Below are positions 49,578-58,988 of a stretch of 64,000 bases of DNA, piece by piece. The first letter of the stretch is position 1. Every line of letters begins with the position of its first letter. The DNA comes from a virus: the IMG/VR virus record IMGVR_UViG_3300033148_003376, positions 39,594 to 103,593 of that record, one strand, 5' to 3'. The notes beneath the pieces were generated by a model. It saw nothing but the letters and a program-made list of their open reading frames with translations, was not told the DNA's origin and searched no databases. The position numbers and the translations under genes are program-made.

Positions 49578-49868
49578 TTACTTGTTCTCAAGTCGAAAGA
49601 TGAGATCCCTGCTTTGGATCGTCCCGACCGAAATGATATCCATGGACTGAAGATTTTTCAAAGCAGTCGCATCTACTCTGAATGCTTTCTTACCTACGAT
49701 CTCCAGCATGAGTGTCGGTCCACTCTTCAAGACACGGTAGTATTGTTTCTTACCCCAGAAGTTTTGAAGGTCTCTGATGTTCTTGTCGTTGATACCTTCG
49801 ATGTCTTCTGCTTTGACCATGTCGTTGGATTCTTGAATTGAATTCAAAAGATCTTTCGCGATACCCAT
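49578..49868 (-). CDS. leader-tagged small protein
   Basis: GGGAG RBS; MGIAKDLLNSIQES. Confidence 0.8.
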   Translation of the reverse strand: MGIAKDLLNSIQESNDMVKAEDIEGINDKNIRDLQNFWGKKQYYRVLKSGPTLMLEIVGKKAFRVDATALKNLQSMDIISVGTIQSRDLIFRLENK

Positions 49869-49879
49869 GACAGTCTCCC

Positions 49880-50161
49880 TTACTGTGATTTTTCTGGATA
49901 ATGTCTATCCACGAAAAGCCATGCCGCTTTGACATTCTTCCCGGTGAGACTCTCGATTCTCACTAACTCCTGCCATGCCTTGATCTTGTCGTCTTTATAT
50001 TCGAGAGAGAATTTCAAAGACGAATTCCATCTTTCTCTGGTCTGACTCGGAAGACGGCCGAGTAGGTCCATGAGATCGTGTTTGTCTTGTATGGACAGAA
50101 CCGGTGTTTTCACTTTCTTTGCTTCTCCGATGGCATCGAGTAAGTCTTTCATGATACTCAT
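49880..50161 (-). CDS. leader-tagged small protein
   Basis: AAGGA RBS; MSIMKDLLDAIGEA. Confidence 0.8.
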   Translation of the reverse strand: MSIMKDLLDAIGEAKKVKTPVLSIQDKHDLMDLLGRLPSQTRERWNSSLKFSLEYKDDKIKAWQELVRIESLTGKNVKAAWLFVDRHYPEKSQ

Positions 50162-50172
50162 GATGATTCCTT

Positions 50173-51777
50173 TCACGACTCCATTTCGTTTGTTTCGTCT
50201 TCTACCTTGATCACTCCAGTCAAGCCGATCATGTTGAGCTGTTGACCGAGGAATTTGGCGAATGCTTCCATGTCGACTTTCTCGGCAAGGGGAGATTCTT
50301 CGTCTTCGGTGAGGTTGTTCAGGAAGTCATTGATATTACTCAACATATTCACGGACGTGTCTAAAAACTCGAGTTTGTCGATATTGTCTATCTCGATGAG
50401 CTTGTTCCTGAAGTCAACGACAATATCATCATCTTTCGCGCCTATGCCTTTATTCGCCAAATGAATCTGACAAACACGTCTGACACCATCCCGAATAGCT
50501 CTTTGGATATTTTTTAGACGACGAAGATACCTGGCATAGCGTCTGAGGATCTCGCCTTTATCCATGCCTTCCGAAAGGAAGATGACCTCATAGAGTACAC
50601 CGATAGAAGAGCAACACACCTTTCTGAGATCTTCTATAGACGCGAGTAAATCGTCGGGTTCGTCGGATTTGTAATCCATCTTGTTCACGGTACCCTTATC
50701 ACCAAAGATAGGAATACACTTGAACTTGCCAGCGGTACCCAGAACGTTTTCGAGTGTCATCTGACCTTGGCTGACATCGATAGCGATCTTCTCGTTGATG
50801 ATGCCTTCGAGCCGACGACAGACTCGTGTGGCTTTGTCGAGATCATACCCAGGAGGAACCTGGATACTGAGGATCGTTCCGCTAGTCATCTTCTGAAGCT
50901 TCGTCGCTGGGACAAGCTGTTCCATCAATTCCAGCTCTTTGAACTTATTGATCACTGGATATATGACACCTTTACCCACACGAACGAATCTCGGGATATT
51001 AGCGAAGCATGTCTCAGGGTCTTTGACACCATAATGCTTCTGGATATCGATTCTGATCTTCTTACCCGGGAGTGTGAATATCGCGTAGTCTGAACTATCT
51101 TTCAACTTGAGTGTGTACCCGTGTCGACCAGCCGCAAGTTCGATGTACCCGTCGATCTTCCTACCTTTCGAAACCGCGAGTACGGTACCCTGTTCAACAC
51201 AGTCGATAAGTTCTTCGAGACCACCTTTATTCGAGACCTTCGGCTTGAGGATGTATTCGCCGTAGCGGAGCACGTCCGGTAGGATATCGAGAATAAGCGT
51301 ATCGAATCCAATCCGCTCGTCGAGGATCTTCAGCTCTTTGTTTATATGTTTGTTTTCTGAAGATACCGACAGGACTTCCCCGCTTGAGACTTCCGGAGTA
51401 AGCGCGTCTTCCACCATCTGATCGATGATGACATCGACGAGGTAGAAATCAGAGATCCTGTCGATCTCCTTGATGATGTTTTTTCGGAGACGAGATACTC
51501 TGGTGTACGCGGCAACCATTGACGTGGACGCGAACTTGTTCTTCATGAGACTGCGAATGTCCGCGAGACTTTCAGCGAGAGATCCATAGTCGCTGACATT
51601 GAGAGTCGTTTTCAGGATATCCAGTTGTGATTCGTTGAGACTACTCAAAGACTCGATGACCGAGTTGACCGGACTAGAGAGATCCTCGTCTCCAACGACA
51701 TCTGTTACCGCTGCAGTCATAGCACGAGTTCTCGTATCAACTGGTGTCTTGGATTTCTTTTTACGTATAAATGGCAT
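50173..51777 (-). CDS. portal protein (T4 gp20-like)
   Basis: 534 aa between terminase and protease; VDVIIDQMVEDAL, DVLRYGEYIL, ELELMEQ, LRRYARYLRRLKNIQ. Confidence 0.75.
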   Translation of the reverse strand: MPFIRKKKSKTPVDTRTRAMTAAVTDVVGDEDLSSPVNSVIESLSSLNESQLDILKTTLNVSDYGSLAESLADIRSLMKNKFASTSMVAAYTRVSRLRKNIIKEIDRISDFYLVDVIIDQMVEDALTPEVSSGEVLSVSSENKHINKELKILDERIGFDTLILDILPDVLRYGEYILKPKVSNKGGLEELIDCVEQGTVLAVSKGRKIDGYIELAAGRHGYTLKLKDSSDYAIFTLPGKKIRIDIQKHYGVKDPETCFANIPRFVRVGKGVIYPVINKFKELELMEQLVPATKLQKMTSGTILSIQVPPGYDLDKATRVCRRLEGIINEKIAIDVSQGQMTLENVLGTAGKFKCIPIFGDKGTVNKMDYKSDEPDDLLASIEDLRKVCCSSIGVLYEVIFLSEGMDKGEILRRYARYLRRLKNIQRAIRDGVRRVCQIHLANKGIGAKDDDIVVDFRNKLIEIDNIDKLEFLDTSVNMLSNINDFLNNLTEDEESPLAEKVDMEAFAKFLGQQLNMIGLTGVIKVEDETNEMES

Positions 51778-51790
51778 TAGACGTCCTTGT

Positions 51791-52144
51791 TCAATTTGGA
51801 ATTATCGTCGTGACAAACGTAGTCGGGAAAACGTGTCCGTCTACAATCTTCGATTTGAATTCACCCGTCATCTTGTAACCGATCATGTCGACAAGTTTCT
51901 TGAGTCTCCTGGTGTACGCCTTCTTGTCTTTTTCGATGTACTGTTCCAGGGTCTTGTACTCAACAGTGATTTCTTTTTCTTTCTCAGTGGTGTTGAGAAG
52001 TCTCGCTGCTTTCACCGCTGTGTATCCAGACCCAAAACTCAGATCACGATCTTTGTTCAGGATCTCGATATTCCTGTGAAGAATGATGTGACCTGGAATC
52101 ATACTTCTCTCGACGAGATCCAGGAATTCTCTTGCGATACCCAT
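51791..52144 (-). CDS. leader-tagged protein
   Basis: MGIAREFLDLVERS. Confidence 0.8.
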   Translation of the reverse strand: MGIAREFLDLVERSMIPGHIILHRNIEILNKDRDLSFGSGYTAVKAARLLNTTEKEKEITVEYKTLEQYIEKDKKAYTRRLKKLVDMIGYKMTGEFKSKIVDGHVFPTTFVTTIIPN

Positions 52145-52161
52145 GATTCATCTACCTTCGT

Positions 52162-52662
52162 TTACTTTGCCTTGTCGACGATCTGAACAGCAGTCTTGAG
52201 CTGTTTCGAGAATTTCTCTGGGATCTTCCTTCCGGACCTGACGAGGGAATCGAACAACGTCTTCGCGATATGTAGATCTCCTTCGATACCGTCAGAGTTT
52301 TCGTCGAGGACTTCGAGAATCTTCTCATCGTCTATTCCGAGATGGTTCGAGACTGTCTTGAATTTCTGCTCAACACCTGTGATGTGATTGCCGATGTCTT
52401 CAGCGTCGTCGAATTCCGTCTTGATCTCGGTAAGTGCAGTGTCAAGAGCTTTGGCTACATCTTGACACTCATTGCTCACGAACGACTCGATCGTATCGAT
52501 GTAGGAGAACATCTCTTGAAGCAACCCGTCTTCTTTGGCTCTTGTTTCGAGATCGACCAGGTCTACCGTTGAAAGAGTGCGTCGAAAATCGAATGACTTG
52601 ATTCTACCGAGTTTAGTCTTGGCTTCATCGAATTGTTTGAGAATGTCGTCTGCTCTACCCAT
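52162..52662 (-). CDS. leader-tagged helical protein
   Basis: GAGGT RBS; MGRADDILKQFDEA. Confidence 0.8.
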   Translation of the reverse strand: MGRADDILKQFDEAKTKLGRIKSFDFRRTLSTVDLVDLETRAKEDGLLQEMFSYIDTIESFVSNECQDVAKALDTALTEIKTEFDDAEDIGNHITGVEQKFKTVSNHLGIDDEKILEVLDENSDGIEGDLHIAKTLFDSLVRSGRKIPEKFSKQLKTAVQIVDKAK

Positions 52663-52703
52663 GATAGATTACCTCTTTGCTTTCGTTTCTATCGTCTCAA
52701 AAA

Positions 52704-52732
52704 TTATATACTATGCGTAGCATAGTATATAA
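52704..52732. repeat. perfect 13-bp AT-rich inverted repeat
   Basis: ttatatactatgc-gta-gcatagtatataa. Confidence 0.85.
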
Positions 52733-52755
52733 AAATCCTTTAGTCCAGTCTTTTC

Positions 52756-52810
52756 TTGACTAGGGTTTTGACGTATGATAGAATTCGTGAAATTTTAAAT
52801 TCCACGAAAA
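52756..52810 (+). promoter_or_regulatory. antisense sigma70-type promoter plus palindrome, copy 3
   Basis: TTGACT-17-TAGAAT with TG extension; ttcgtgaaatt-tta-aattccacgaa at 52784-52808. Confidence 0.8.
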
Positions 52811-53125
52811 CTACCTGATACCCAACGACATCTTCGCATGATCACCATGGTAATAAACATTTTTCTTGTTCGGATGTGGCTCGACCTTGTCGATGAGATC
52901 CATGGCTTCACCCTTGTTACCCGCGTCAATGAAAAACGCCACACCGTTCCCGGCATTGGCATTGACGACAGTCTGGTCCCAATTCAGTCCACCGACCTTG
53001 CCTGACATCTTGGCTTTCTTCTTAGCCTTTTCGAGATTTCCGACGTACTTCTCGTCTGCCCACATTATGATGGTTTTGCTCACGGCTTCGCGTACTTTCG
53101 TAAGGACATCTGATGCTCGACTCAT
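52811..53125 (-). CDS. leader-tagged protein
   Basis: GGAG RBS, ATGA coupling; MSRASDVLTKVREA. Confidence 0.8.
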   Translation of the reverse strand: MSRASDVLTKVREAVSKTIIMWADEKYVGNLEKAKKKAKMSGKVGGLNWDQTVVNANAGNGVAFFIDAGNKGEAMDLIDKVEPHPNKKNVYYHGDHAKMSLGIR

Positions 53126-53562
53126 TGGTATCTCCGTGAAAGCGTCTTCGTGATAAACAATCTTCTCTTCGACGACTCGTGATGATTCGTACAGAACTTT
53201 CTCGACATCAAACGTGGAGTATCCAGACAGCATCTACCGATCACCCTTGGTGGAATCTTTGAGAGGAGATTCACCTGAAGGAGTGAGATATCCCGGGAAA
53301 TGTACCGTCGCCATTCGCGAAGGTTGTGAAGCACTTTACCGGTTCCGTCAAGATGATGAATCATATGGATCGGAAATCCGGTCTCGCAGGTGAGTAACGG
53401 TGGAGACTCATACGTCTGTCCAATTGAGATTACTGACCAACCGGAACTGTCCACATCATCGCCGACGTAGTTGGTCGACCCGGGCCATGGAATATTCTGT
53501 ATGTCTGGCCAACGAAGATCCATGTTTCTGTAATATCGTGGATATAAAGACTCCGCTCCCAT
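53122..53562 (-). CDS. hypothetical protein
   Basis: 146 aa, GAGGAG upstream, stop coupled to the next gene. Confidence 0.55.
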   Translation of the reverse strand: MGAESLYPRYYRNMDLRWPDIQNIPWPGSTNYVGDDVDSSGWSVISIGQTYESPPLLTCETGFPIHMIHHLDGTGKVLHNLREWRRYISRDISLLQVNLLSKIPPRVIGRCCLDTPRLMSRKFCTNHHESSKRRLFITKTLSRRYQ

Positions 53563-53574
53563 TCGATCATCTCC

Positions 53575-54246
53575 TCACTGCCAGTTTCCGATGATCTTCT
53601 CTGCTTCGAGAAGCTTGTCGAGAAGGTTGTTCAATCCTTCGACGCTGTCTTTGATATGGAAACCCTTGCTACCGAGATCCATGTTGAAGTTCTCGCTACC
53701 CGTCGAGAAAGGAATCTCTCCGAAATAGTTGAACTTGATGACTCCTTCGCCGGTCTCGTCATCCACCGTTACCTTGATGAAATCCTTCTCTCGTTTCTGG
53801 AGCATTTCCAAGAATGACTTGGCACCGCTCTCGAAGTCTTTGAAGTCTGCCTTCTTGATCGGTTTCATCTTCTCATTGAGAGACTCGGTAAATTCAGTAG
53901 AAAGAGCCTTGATCTCGGCTGGTGTCATGATCGACGACATACCCGAAGGCCAACCGGTGACACCACCTTTGTTGCTCGGGTTCGCCCACCTGAAAAGAAC
54001 GGGTGCGCTGTTGAGACCAGTCCGACCGGTATTGTACACGGTGACATCAACGGCTTGTGCGTCTGGATACTTCTTCAAGATCGTACCAAGAACCTTCTTC
54101 GGGTTCTTGAACTTGTCAATATCCGAAAAGGGGAGATTCTCCGTCTTGTAACTACCCGGTGTATTCACTCCGATGGTTATGTGCGGACCATCGAATATTT
54201 TCTTAGCTTCCTTCATTCGCTTGAGGACTTCACTTGCTTTGGACAT
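53575..54246 (-). CDS. leader-tagged two-domain protein
   Basis: AAGGAG RBS; MSKASEVLKRMKEA; internal FTESLNE linker. Confidence 0.8.
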   Translation of the reverse strand: MSKASEVLKRMKEAKKIFDGPHITIGVNTPGSYKTENLPFSDIDKFKNPKKVLGTILKKYPDAQAVDVTVYNTGRTGLNSAPVLFRWANPSNKGGVTGWPSGMSSIMTPAEIKALSTEFTESLNEKMKPIKKADFKDFESGAKSFLEMLQKREKDFIKVTVDDETGEGVIKFNYFGEIPFSTGSENFNMDLGSKGFHIKDSVEGLNNLLDKLLEAEKIIGNWQ

Positions 54247-54823
54247 CACTCTTCTCCTTCTTTGGTGGTATAACGATCTTGCATTCGACGAAGTCATACA
54301 ACGGTTGTCCCCATTTAGGAAGCACTGTTGTTTTCTTGATGTACCACTTACCCGATATATCCTTGTCCTTGATCATGATGAACTTCCCGGATTTGGTTGG
54401 TTTCTCCGAGAGGATATAGTACCGGTGGCGAGCCTTGCCAGTCATAGAGTCGAACGATGCGACGATGCTTTGAGCGAGTTGGTTCTTTGGAACACATTTC
54501 ACCTCGATCTCGTCGGCTTTGATCGGCTTACCCGATGCTAAGGCAATAACCACCGTTGGCATGGCAATACAGATTCGAAAGAGTCTCATCATATCAGTCT
54601 CCTTTCGTTCAATGACGACTGCGTAGAGTCCGGTCACCAGCGCAAGAATAAAATATGGAATACACGTGCCGAGTGCAACCATGAACGTGATTACTCCAAA
54701 GTCAATCGGATTCTGGGACATGTTCACAGCCGGGATAATGATCGCTGAAAAAGATCCAATTCCGAATCGTACGTACCATGAGAGGATCACATCCTTGGTG
54801 ATAATCGACGTCTTCTCTGTCAT
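54230..54823 (-). CDS. membrane protein
   Basis: About three hydrophobic segments in the N-terminal half. Confidence 0.7.
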   Translation of the reverse strand: MTEKTSIITKDVILSWYVRFGIGSFSAIIIPAVNMSQNPIDFGVITFMVALGTCIPYFILALVTGLYAVVIERKETDMMRLFRICIAMPTVVIALASGKPIKADEIEVKCVPKNQLAQSIVASFDSMTGKARHRYYILSEKPTKSGKFIMIKDKDISGKWYIKKTTVLPKWGQPLYDFVECKIVIPPKKEKSDVQSK

Positions 54824-55254
54824 GACTTCACCTTTCTCAGGGATCCCAGATTTACACGGTAGACCATCCCGTCTTCAGACGTAACAGACGCCTGTCCGTA
54901 TCGGGGAAGAATCCTGCTCACGGTATAGACATGATCCTTACCGTGCTTCGTTATCATGTCCCGCTCGATCTGGTTCGTCGGTTTCGAGAGTTTGACGGAG
55001 ACTCCCTTTTTGATCCCATTGTCGTTGGCTTCGTCTACGTGGTCATCGTCATCGGGTTTGTAACAACTACACTCTTTCACCGCTTTTGGCCAGATGTCCT
55101 TCCATGGACACTTGTCTCCCTCCTTGATCACGCCACGTTTTGTATTCTTACATCCTGGGACACAGACATCATCTTTGAAGTGAGCGCAGATAGTTCCCTG
55201 GTTTGCTTCGTTTGCTTTGTCGATTGTATCGAGGAGATTGTTGACGAGGGTCAT
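54820..55254 (-). CDS. leader-tagged protein with Cys-rich domain
   Basis: MTLVNNLLDTIDKANEA; six Cys; linker HVDEA. Confidence 0.75.
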   Translation of the reverse strand: MTLVNNLLDTIDKANEANQGTICAHFKDDVCVPGCKNTKRGVIKEGDKCPWKDIWPKAVKECSCYKPDDDDHVDEANDNGIKKGVSVKLSKPTNQIERDMITKHGKDHVYTVSRILPRYGQASVTSEDGMVYRVNLGSLRKVKS

Positions 55255-55281
55255 TGGTGAAGTCCTTTCAAAGAAACAAAG

Positions 55282-55854
55282 TCATAGGAAAAAGATGTCT
55301 TCTATTTCCAATTCTTCCCATTCAATGTGATCGTCTTTGTGAAAATCAGGGGACACGACGAGTATAGATCCATCGTAATCACGTCGTGTATAAAGCGAAC
55401 TATTAAACCAGTCCCGTACTCGATCTTCGGAAGAAGGATTGTCCACTATGATATAGTCTGCAGATATTCCAGCGATAGCGCACCCAATAGCATCAAACCG
55501 ACAGAACCCTCCCTCTGCAGTCTCGATATTGAATCTTGTGGGACAATTCTGTTCTGTCAATTCTATGGAAAATTTGGACATGGTCTCACGAGCAAGATTC
55601 GCTGTCCATTTCGCAATTTTCATGTCCCTGGAGATTACGAGTATACGAGCTTTCGGACGGGTGTCCAGGATGTGCATCGGGAGTACAGCGGAGATCAACC
55701 CGTCGCCGTCGTAGTCATTCGACGTCTTGATCAGAAAATGAGATTCTTCTCGGTTCACAAATCTAGCAAGAAGATTCCACATTTCCATTATCCGCCGATC
55801 CATCTCTGGATTCTCTCTGTTCAAACAAGCGTCGAGTTCTTCAATAGATGACAT
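55282..55854 (-). CDS. degenerate paralogue of the terminase large-subunit ATPase domain
   Basis: Colinear with TerL N-domain: LISAVLPMHIL/LVSRRLPAYIF, AIGCAIAGISADYIIVDN/GVGAGITGLGGHYLLIDD, VRDWFNSSLYTR/ILDWYRSTFYTR; Walker A absent. Confidence 0.75.
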   Translation of the reverse strand: MSSIEELDACLNRENPEMDRRIMEMWNLLARFVNREESHFLIKTSNDYDGDGLISAVLPMHILDTRPKARILVISRDMKIAKWTANLARETMSKFSIELTEQNCPTRFNIETAEGGFCRFDAIGCAIAGISADYIIVDNPSSEDRVRDWFNSSLYTRRDYDGSILVVSPDFHKDDHIEWEELEIEDIFFL

Positions 55855-55869
55855 GAGCTTCCTTTGGTT

Positions 55870-57381
55870 TTAGAATTTATACCCGAATAGTCGTCGTACT
55901 TCTTCACCAACTGAATAACCTTGACCATCACTGCCCGCGAGAGCATCGAGCCAACTCGCCGAATGAAGCTTCAAAAGTGCTTGGCTCGACGAGTCCGTGC
56001 GATCGTTCGTCGCCGCATTGGGAAACGACACAAGCTCATCAATATAATCTTTGACCCATGGCGCATCGATAGTAGTAGGATCCGGTACCCAGATATTCCC
56101 TGCTTCAAATTGAGGAGAAACAGCACGTAAACGCGCTACCTTGGAATCTTGTCCTGGATTAAACCCAGTGACACCAGGAACGTGTTCACACATCGTCTCG
56201 ATAACTGCTGGACCATTGGCTTTATCCTCGACGGCGTGTTCTATTGACATCGGCCATTTCCCAGCCATGTCTTTCATCGCCGAAAGAGTCCCGATAAATC
56301 CCGTACGCTCGTGATACATATCGAGTAGATATCTCCGAGGACCAATCGTCCCCCAGACAGTCCCACAGACAAACGAGTTGTTATCACCGGCTTTGAAGTT
56401 ACAGTCCCACGATGTCATGATCACATCGAACTGTTCGATCGGTGGCATCTCTCGATATTTTCGGAACCATGTCCGCTCAATGATGTTTCCGGATTCAGGA
56501 GAAGGTCTTTGCTGATACAGTGCGTTCCAGACCTGGGTACCGAGAGATGCTTTGATCTTCGCGAGTCGTTCGAGGTTATATTTCCATTCCCAAAGAGGAT
56601 CTCCGATTTTACGTGGGTCGTCTGGGTTGCTATCATCCTCTTTTACCGCTGGAAAATTGACGAGTACCCATTGGTCTGCGTCTTCGTCTTCAGCCATGAA
56701 TTCAAGGAGAGAACCAATAAGGTCCGCTTCATGCCAACGTGTAGCGGTAATGAGAATTCCGGCGTCTTTTTCCGCTCTCGTATAGAATGTACTGCGATAC
56801 CAATCGAGGATAGTTTTTCTGGTCGTCTTCGATAACGCTTCTTGCATGTTTTTGAGAAAGTCGTCGATTAGAAGATAGTGTCCTCCAAGTCCTGTGATCC
56901 CGGCTCCAACTCCAGCCGAACGATATGCTCCTTCATAATTGACGATTTCGAAGAGATCTGAATTCCGAAGATATGATCCATGTGCTGTCGTACGGACGTT
57001 CTTAGACCAGAGTGTTGTATTTGGAAAGACCTGTTGATACTCGTTCGAATCGATGATCCGCTGAACATCGCGGTTCATTCTTGATGCAAGGTCGGATCCG
57101 TATGAACATGAGATGATCGACGTGTTGGGATTTCTGCCGAAAATATATGCTGGTAATCTCCTAGAAACTAGCTCGGATTTTCCATGGCGAGGTGGCATCG
57201 TAACGATGAGTCTTTTGATCTCACCTCTGATGAACTTGTCAAGGACTTCACAAAGAACGGCATGGTGCCAATTTACCTGATAGTCCTTCTTCGTGTACGT
57301 CGTGAAATCGAGCAGACTCCTCCGCGCGAATTCTGCGTCAATCGAATTTACAGTGACTGGGACTTGGATAGGTGCGTTCAC
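55870..57381 (-). CDS. terL: terminase large subunit
   Basis: MPPRHGKS Walker A, LLIDD Walker B, TRWHEADL, ALYQQRP, SWD nuclease, VEDKANG, FPNAATNDRTDSSSQAL. Confidence 0.95.
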   Translation of the reverse strand: MNAPIQVPVTVNSIDAEFARRSLLDFTTYTKKDYQVNWHHAVLCEVLDKFIRGEIKRLIVTMPPRHGKSELVSRRLPAYIFGRNPNTSIISCSYGSDLASRMNRDVQRIIDSNEYQQVFPNTTLWSKNVRTTAHGSYLRNSDLFEIVNYEGAYRSAGVGAGITGLGGHYLLIDDFLKNMQEALSKTTRKTILDWYRSTFYTRAEKDAGILITATRWHEADLIGSLLEFMAEDEDADQWVLVNFPAVKEDDSNPDDPRKIGDPLWEWKYNLERLAKIKASLGTQVWNALYQQRPSPESGNIIERTWFRKYREMPPIEQFDVIMTSWDCNFKAGDNNSFVCGTVWGTIGPRRYLLDMYHERTGFIGTLSAMKDMAGKWPMSIEHAVEDKANGPAVIETMCEHVPGVTGFNPGQDSKVARLRAVSPQFEAGNIWVPDPTTIDAPWVKDYIDELVSFPNAATNDRTDSSSQALLKLHSASWLDALAGSDGQGYSVGEEVRRLFGYKF

Positions 57382-57388
57382 GGGTGTA

Positions 57389-57571
57389 TCATTTACCCTG
57401 TCTTGGAGATGTGGAGAGCGATGTCCGTCGACCGTCTACCATGTATTCGTGTAGAAGACATGTGTACCACGGAGCTTGTACATACGGAGATGTAACGACT
57501 AGATATTGATCGCTACTGTGTTTGTTCAGTAGAACACGGTTATACCATTTCTCTATTGTAGGAGTGTTCAT
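57389..57571 (-). CDS. small hypothetical protein
   Basis: 60 aa, ATGA coupling. Confidence 0.45.
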   Translation of the reverse strand: MNTPTIEKWYNRVLLNKHSSDQYLVVTSPYVQAPWYTCLLHEYMVDGRRTSLSTSPRQGK

Positions 57572-58242
57572 ACGTCGCCTTCTCCTCCGACTGTTTGAAT
57601 CTCGAACGAATACACTCCGTCTTTTTCTTTGACGCTGGTGTTCAAAACATATCTTGATCCTTTCGGCGCAAGACCATGGGTACTGTATTTATTGATCTTG
57701 TACTTTCTTAGGATCTTTCTGATCTTATCCATAGAGATTGTTCTTGAAGCATCTTCTACAGCAACTCCATCCGTGCCACTGATCATGATAGATCCGCCGA
57801 AATCTCCATCGGGTTTCGTAATCTCTGTCACTTTCAGGTTGAAGCTCTTTGCTACCTTGTTGACCATCGACGTAATAGTCTTCCAAAGACCTCCTTGTAT
57901 CTTCGTAATCTGTACAGTGATAATCTCGGGACTTCCACCCGAAAGACTGCCGATCACGAAGTCTTTCGGAACAATCGCTTTGAGTTGGTCTCTGATCTCT
58001 TCAGATCGACGTACGATTTCATCTCTGGACATCTCACCGGTGTCCTTGTAGTAATCAAACATGATGACAAGGGTATCTTTTCCGTGTTGACGAACCTTGT
58101 AACCAGATTGTATCTTGCGTTTCGTCCATATCGACGTTTTCAATCCAAGCTTTTTGAGATAAGGCAAAATGGCTGTAGGCTCAACAGCGAGCATACCCAT
58201 CGCTTCTTCAATGACGTCAAGAAGATCTCGTACGATTCCCAT
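57568..58242 (-). CDS. leader-tagged protein
   Basis: AAGGAG RBS; MGIVRDLLDVIEEA. Confidence 0.8.
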   Translation of the reverse strand: MGIVRDLLDVIEEAMGMLAVEPTAILPYLKKLGLKTSIWTKRKIQSGYKVRQHGKDTLVIMFDYYKDTGEMSRDEIVRRSEEIRDQLKAIVPKDFVIGSLSGGSPEIITVQITKIQGGLWKTITSMVNKVAKSFNLKVTEITKPDGDFGGSIMISGTDGVAVEDASRTISMDKIRKILRKYKINKYSTHGLAPKGSRYVLNTSVKEKDGVYSFEIQTVGGEGDV

Positions 58243-58254
58243 TTTCTTCTCCTT

Positions 58255-58743
58255 TTACGCGGCTCTTGTGCCACCATGTGGAATTCTCTTTGCAAGACCT
58301 ATGATCAGCTCGTCTGCCTGACCCATGATCCTCTTTTGATCTTTCTCCGGGAAGCTATCTATGTTCTGCAGTTTGAATCTCATCTGGTCAATAGAGTGGA
58401 TATCCTTGGGGAACATCTTCTTGAGATTCTTGAGTGCTACGAGTTGTTGATTGACTCGACCACCTTGTGCCTTCTCGATGAGACTGAGAAGATCCTCGAC
58501 GAGGGATTCTTTCGGCGCGGGTCCGTATGTCTTTCCATATCGAGCACGGATCTCTTTTCTCTTCTCTATCGAGAGACTGTACCAGATGCTACCGATAGTC
58601 TGTCGGATCCGTTCGTCGTCGTAGGTGGGACTGGATTTCTTGATATCCTTTACCATCTTGTCCCACCATTCAGATGGTGCCTTGAGGCTAGGCGCAGTCT
58701 CCGCTTTTTCAACGAGACTGAGAAAGGATTGTACTAGGTTCAT
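58255..58743 (-). CDS. protein with two leader copies (fusion of two tagged modules)
   Basis: MNLVQSFLSLVEKAE and internal ESLVEDLLSLIEKAQ. Confidence 0.8.
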   Translation of the reverse strand: MNLVQSFLSLVEKAETAPSLKAPSEWWDKMVKDIKKSSPTYDDERIRQTIGSIWYSLSIEKRKEIRARYGKTYGPAPKESLVEDLLSLIEKAQGGRVNQQLVALKNLKKMFPKDIHSIDQMRFKLQNIDSFPEKDQKRIMGQADELIIGLAKRIPHGGTRAA

Positions 58744-58988
58744 GATACTTTCCCCAGTGAAAACTTGACTTCGTGTACATTGAATTCCAGACCATCAGAC
58801 GTACAATTCAAATTGGTAACATGGTTGGTCTTGACGACCACGTTAGTATCAGGGGCTTTGAAAGTAATCTTGTCCTGTGTGATTACATCGACTCTATAGA
58901 GACCACTTACAGATGTTCCAAGTGTAGTCATGGAAAGCCTGACTTTCTTTCCGAACAGGCTTATGAGATGGGTTTGTAAATTCATCAT
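58740..58988 (-). CDS. hypothetical protein, paralogue of 58985..59239
   Basis: Shared LQ..L....M.T.G..VSGLY..D....KI...T.DG..F.V..V.F.L pattern. Confidence 0.7.
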   Translation of the reverse strand: MMNLQTHLISLFGKKVRLSMTTLGTSVSGLYRVDVITQDKITFKAPDTNVVVKTNHVTNLNCTSDGLEFNVHEVKFSLGKVS

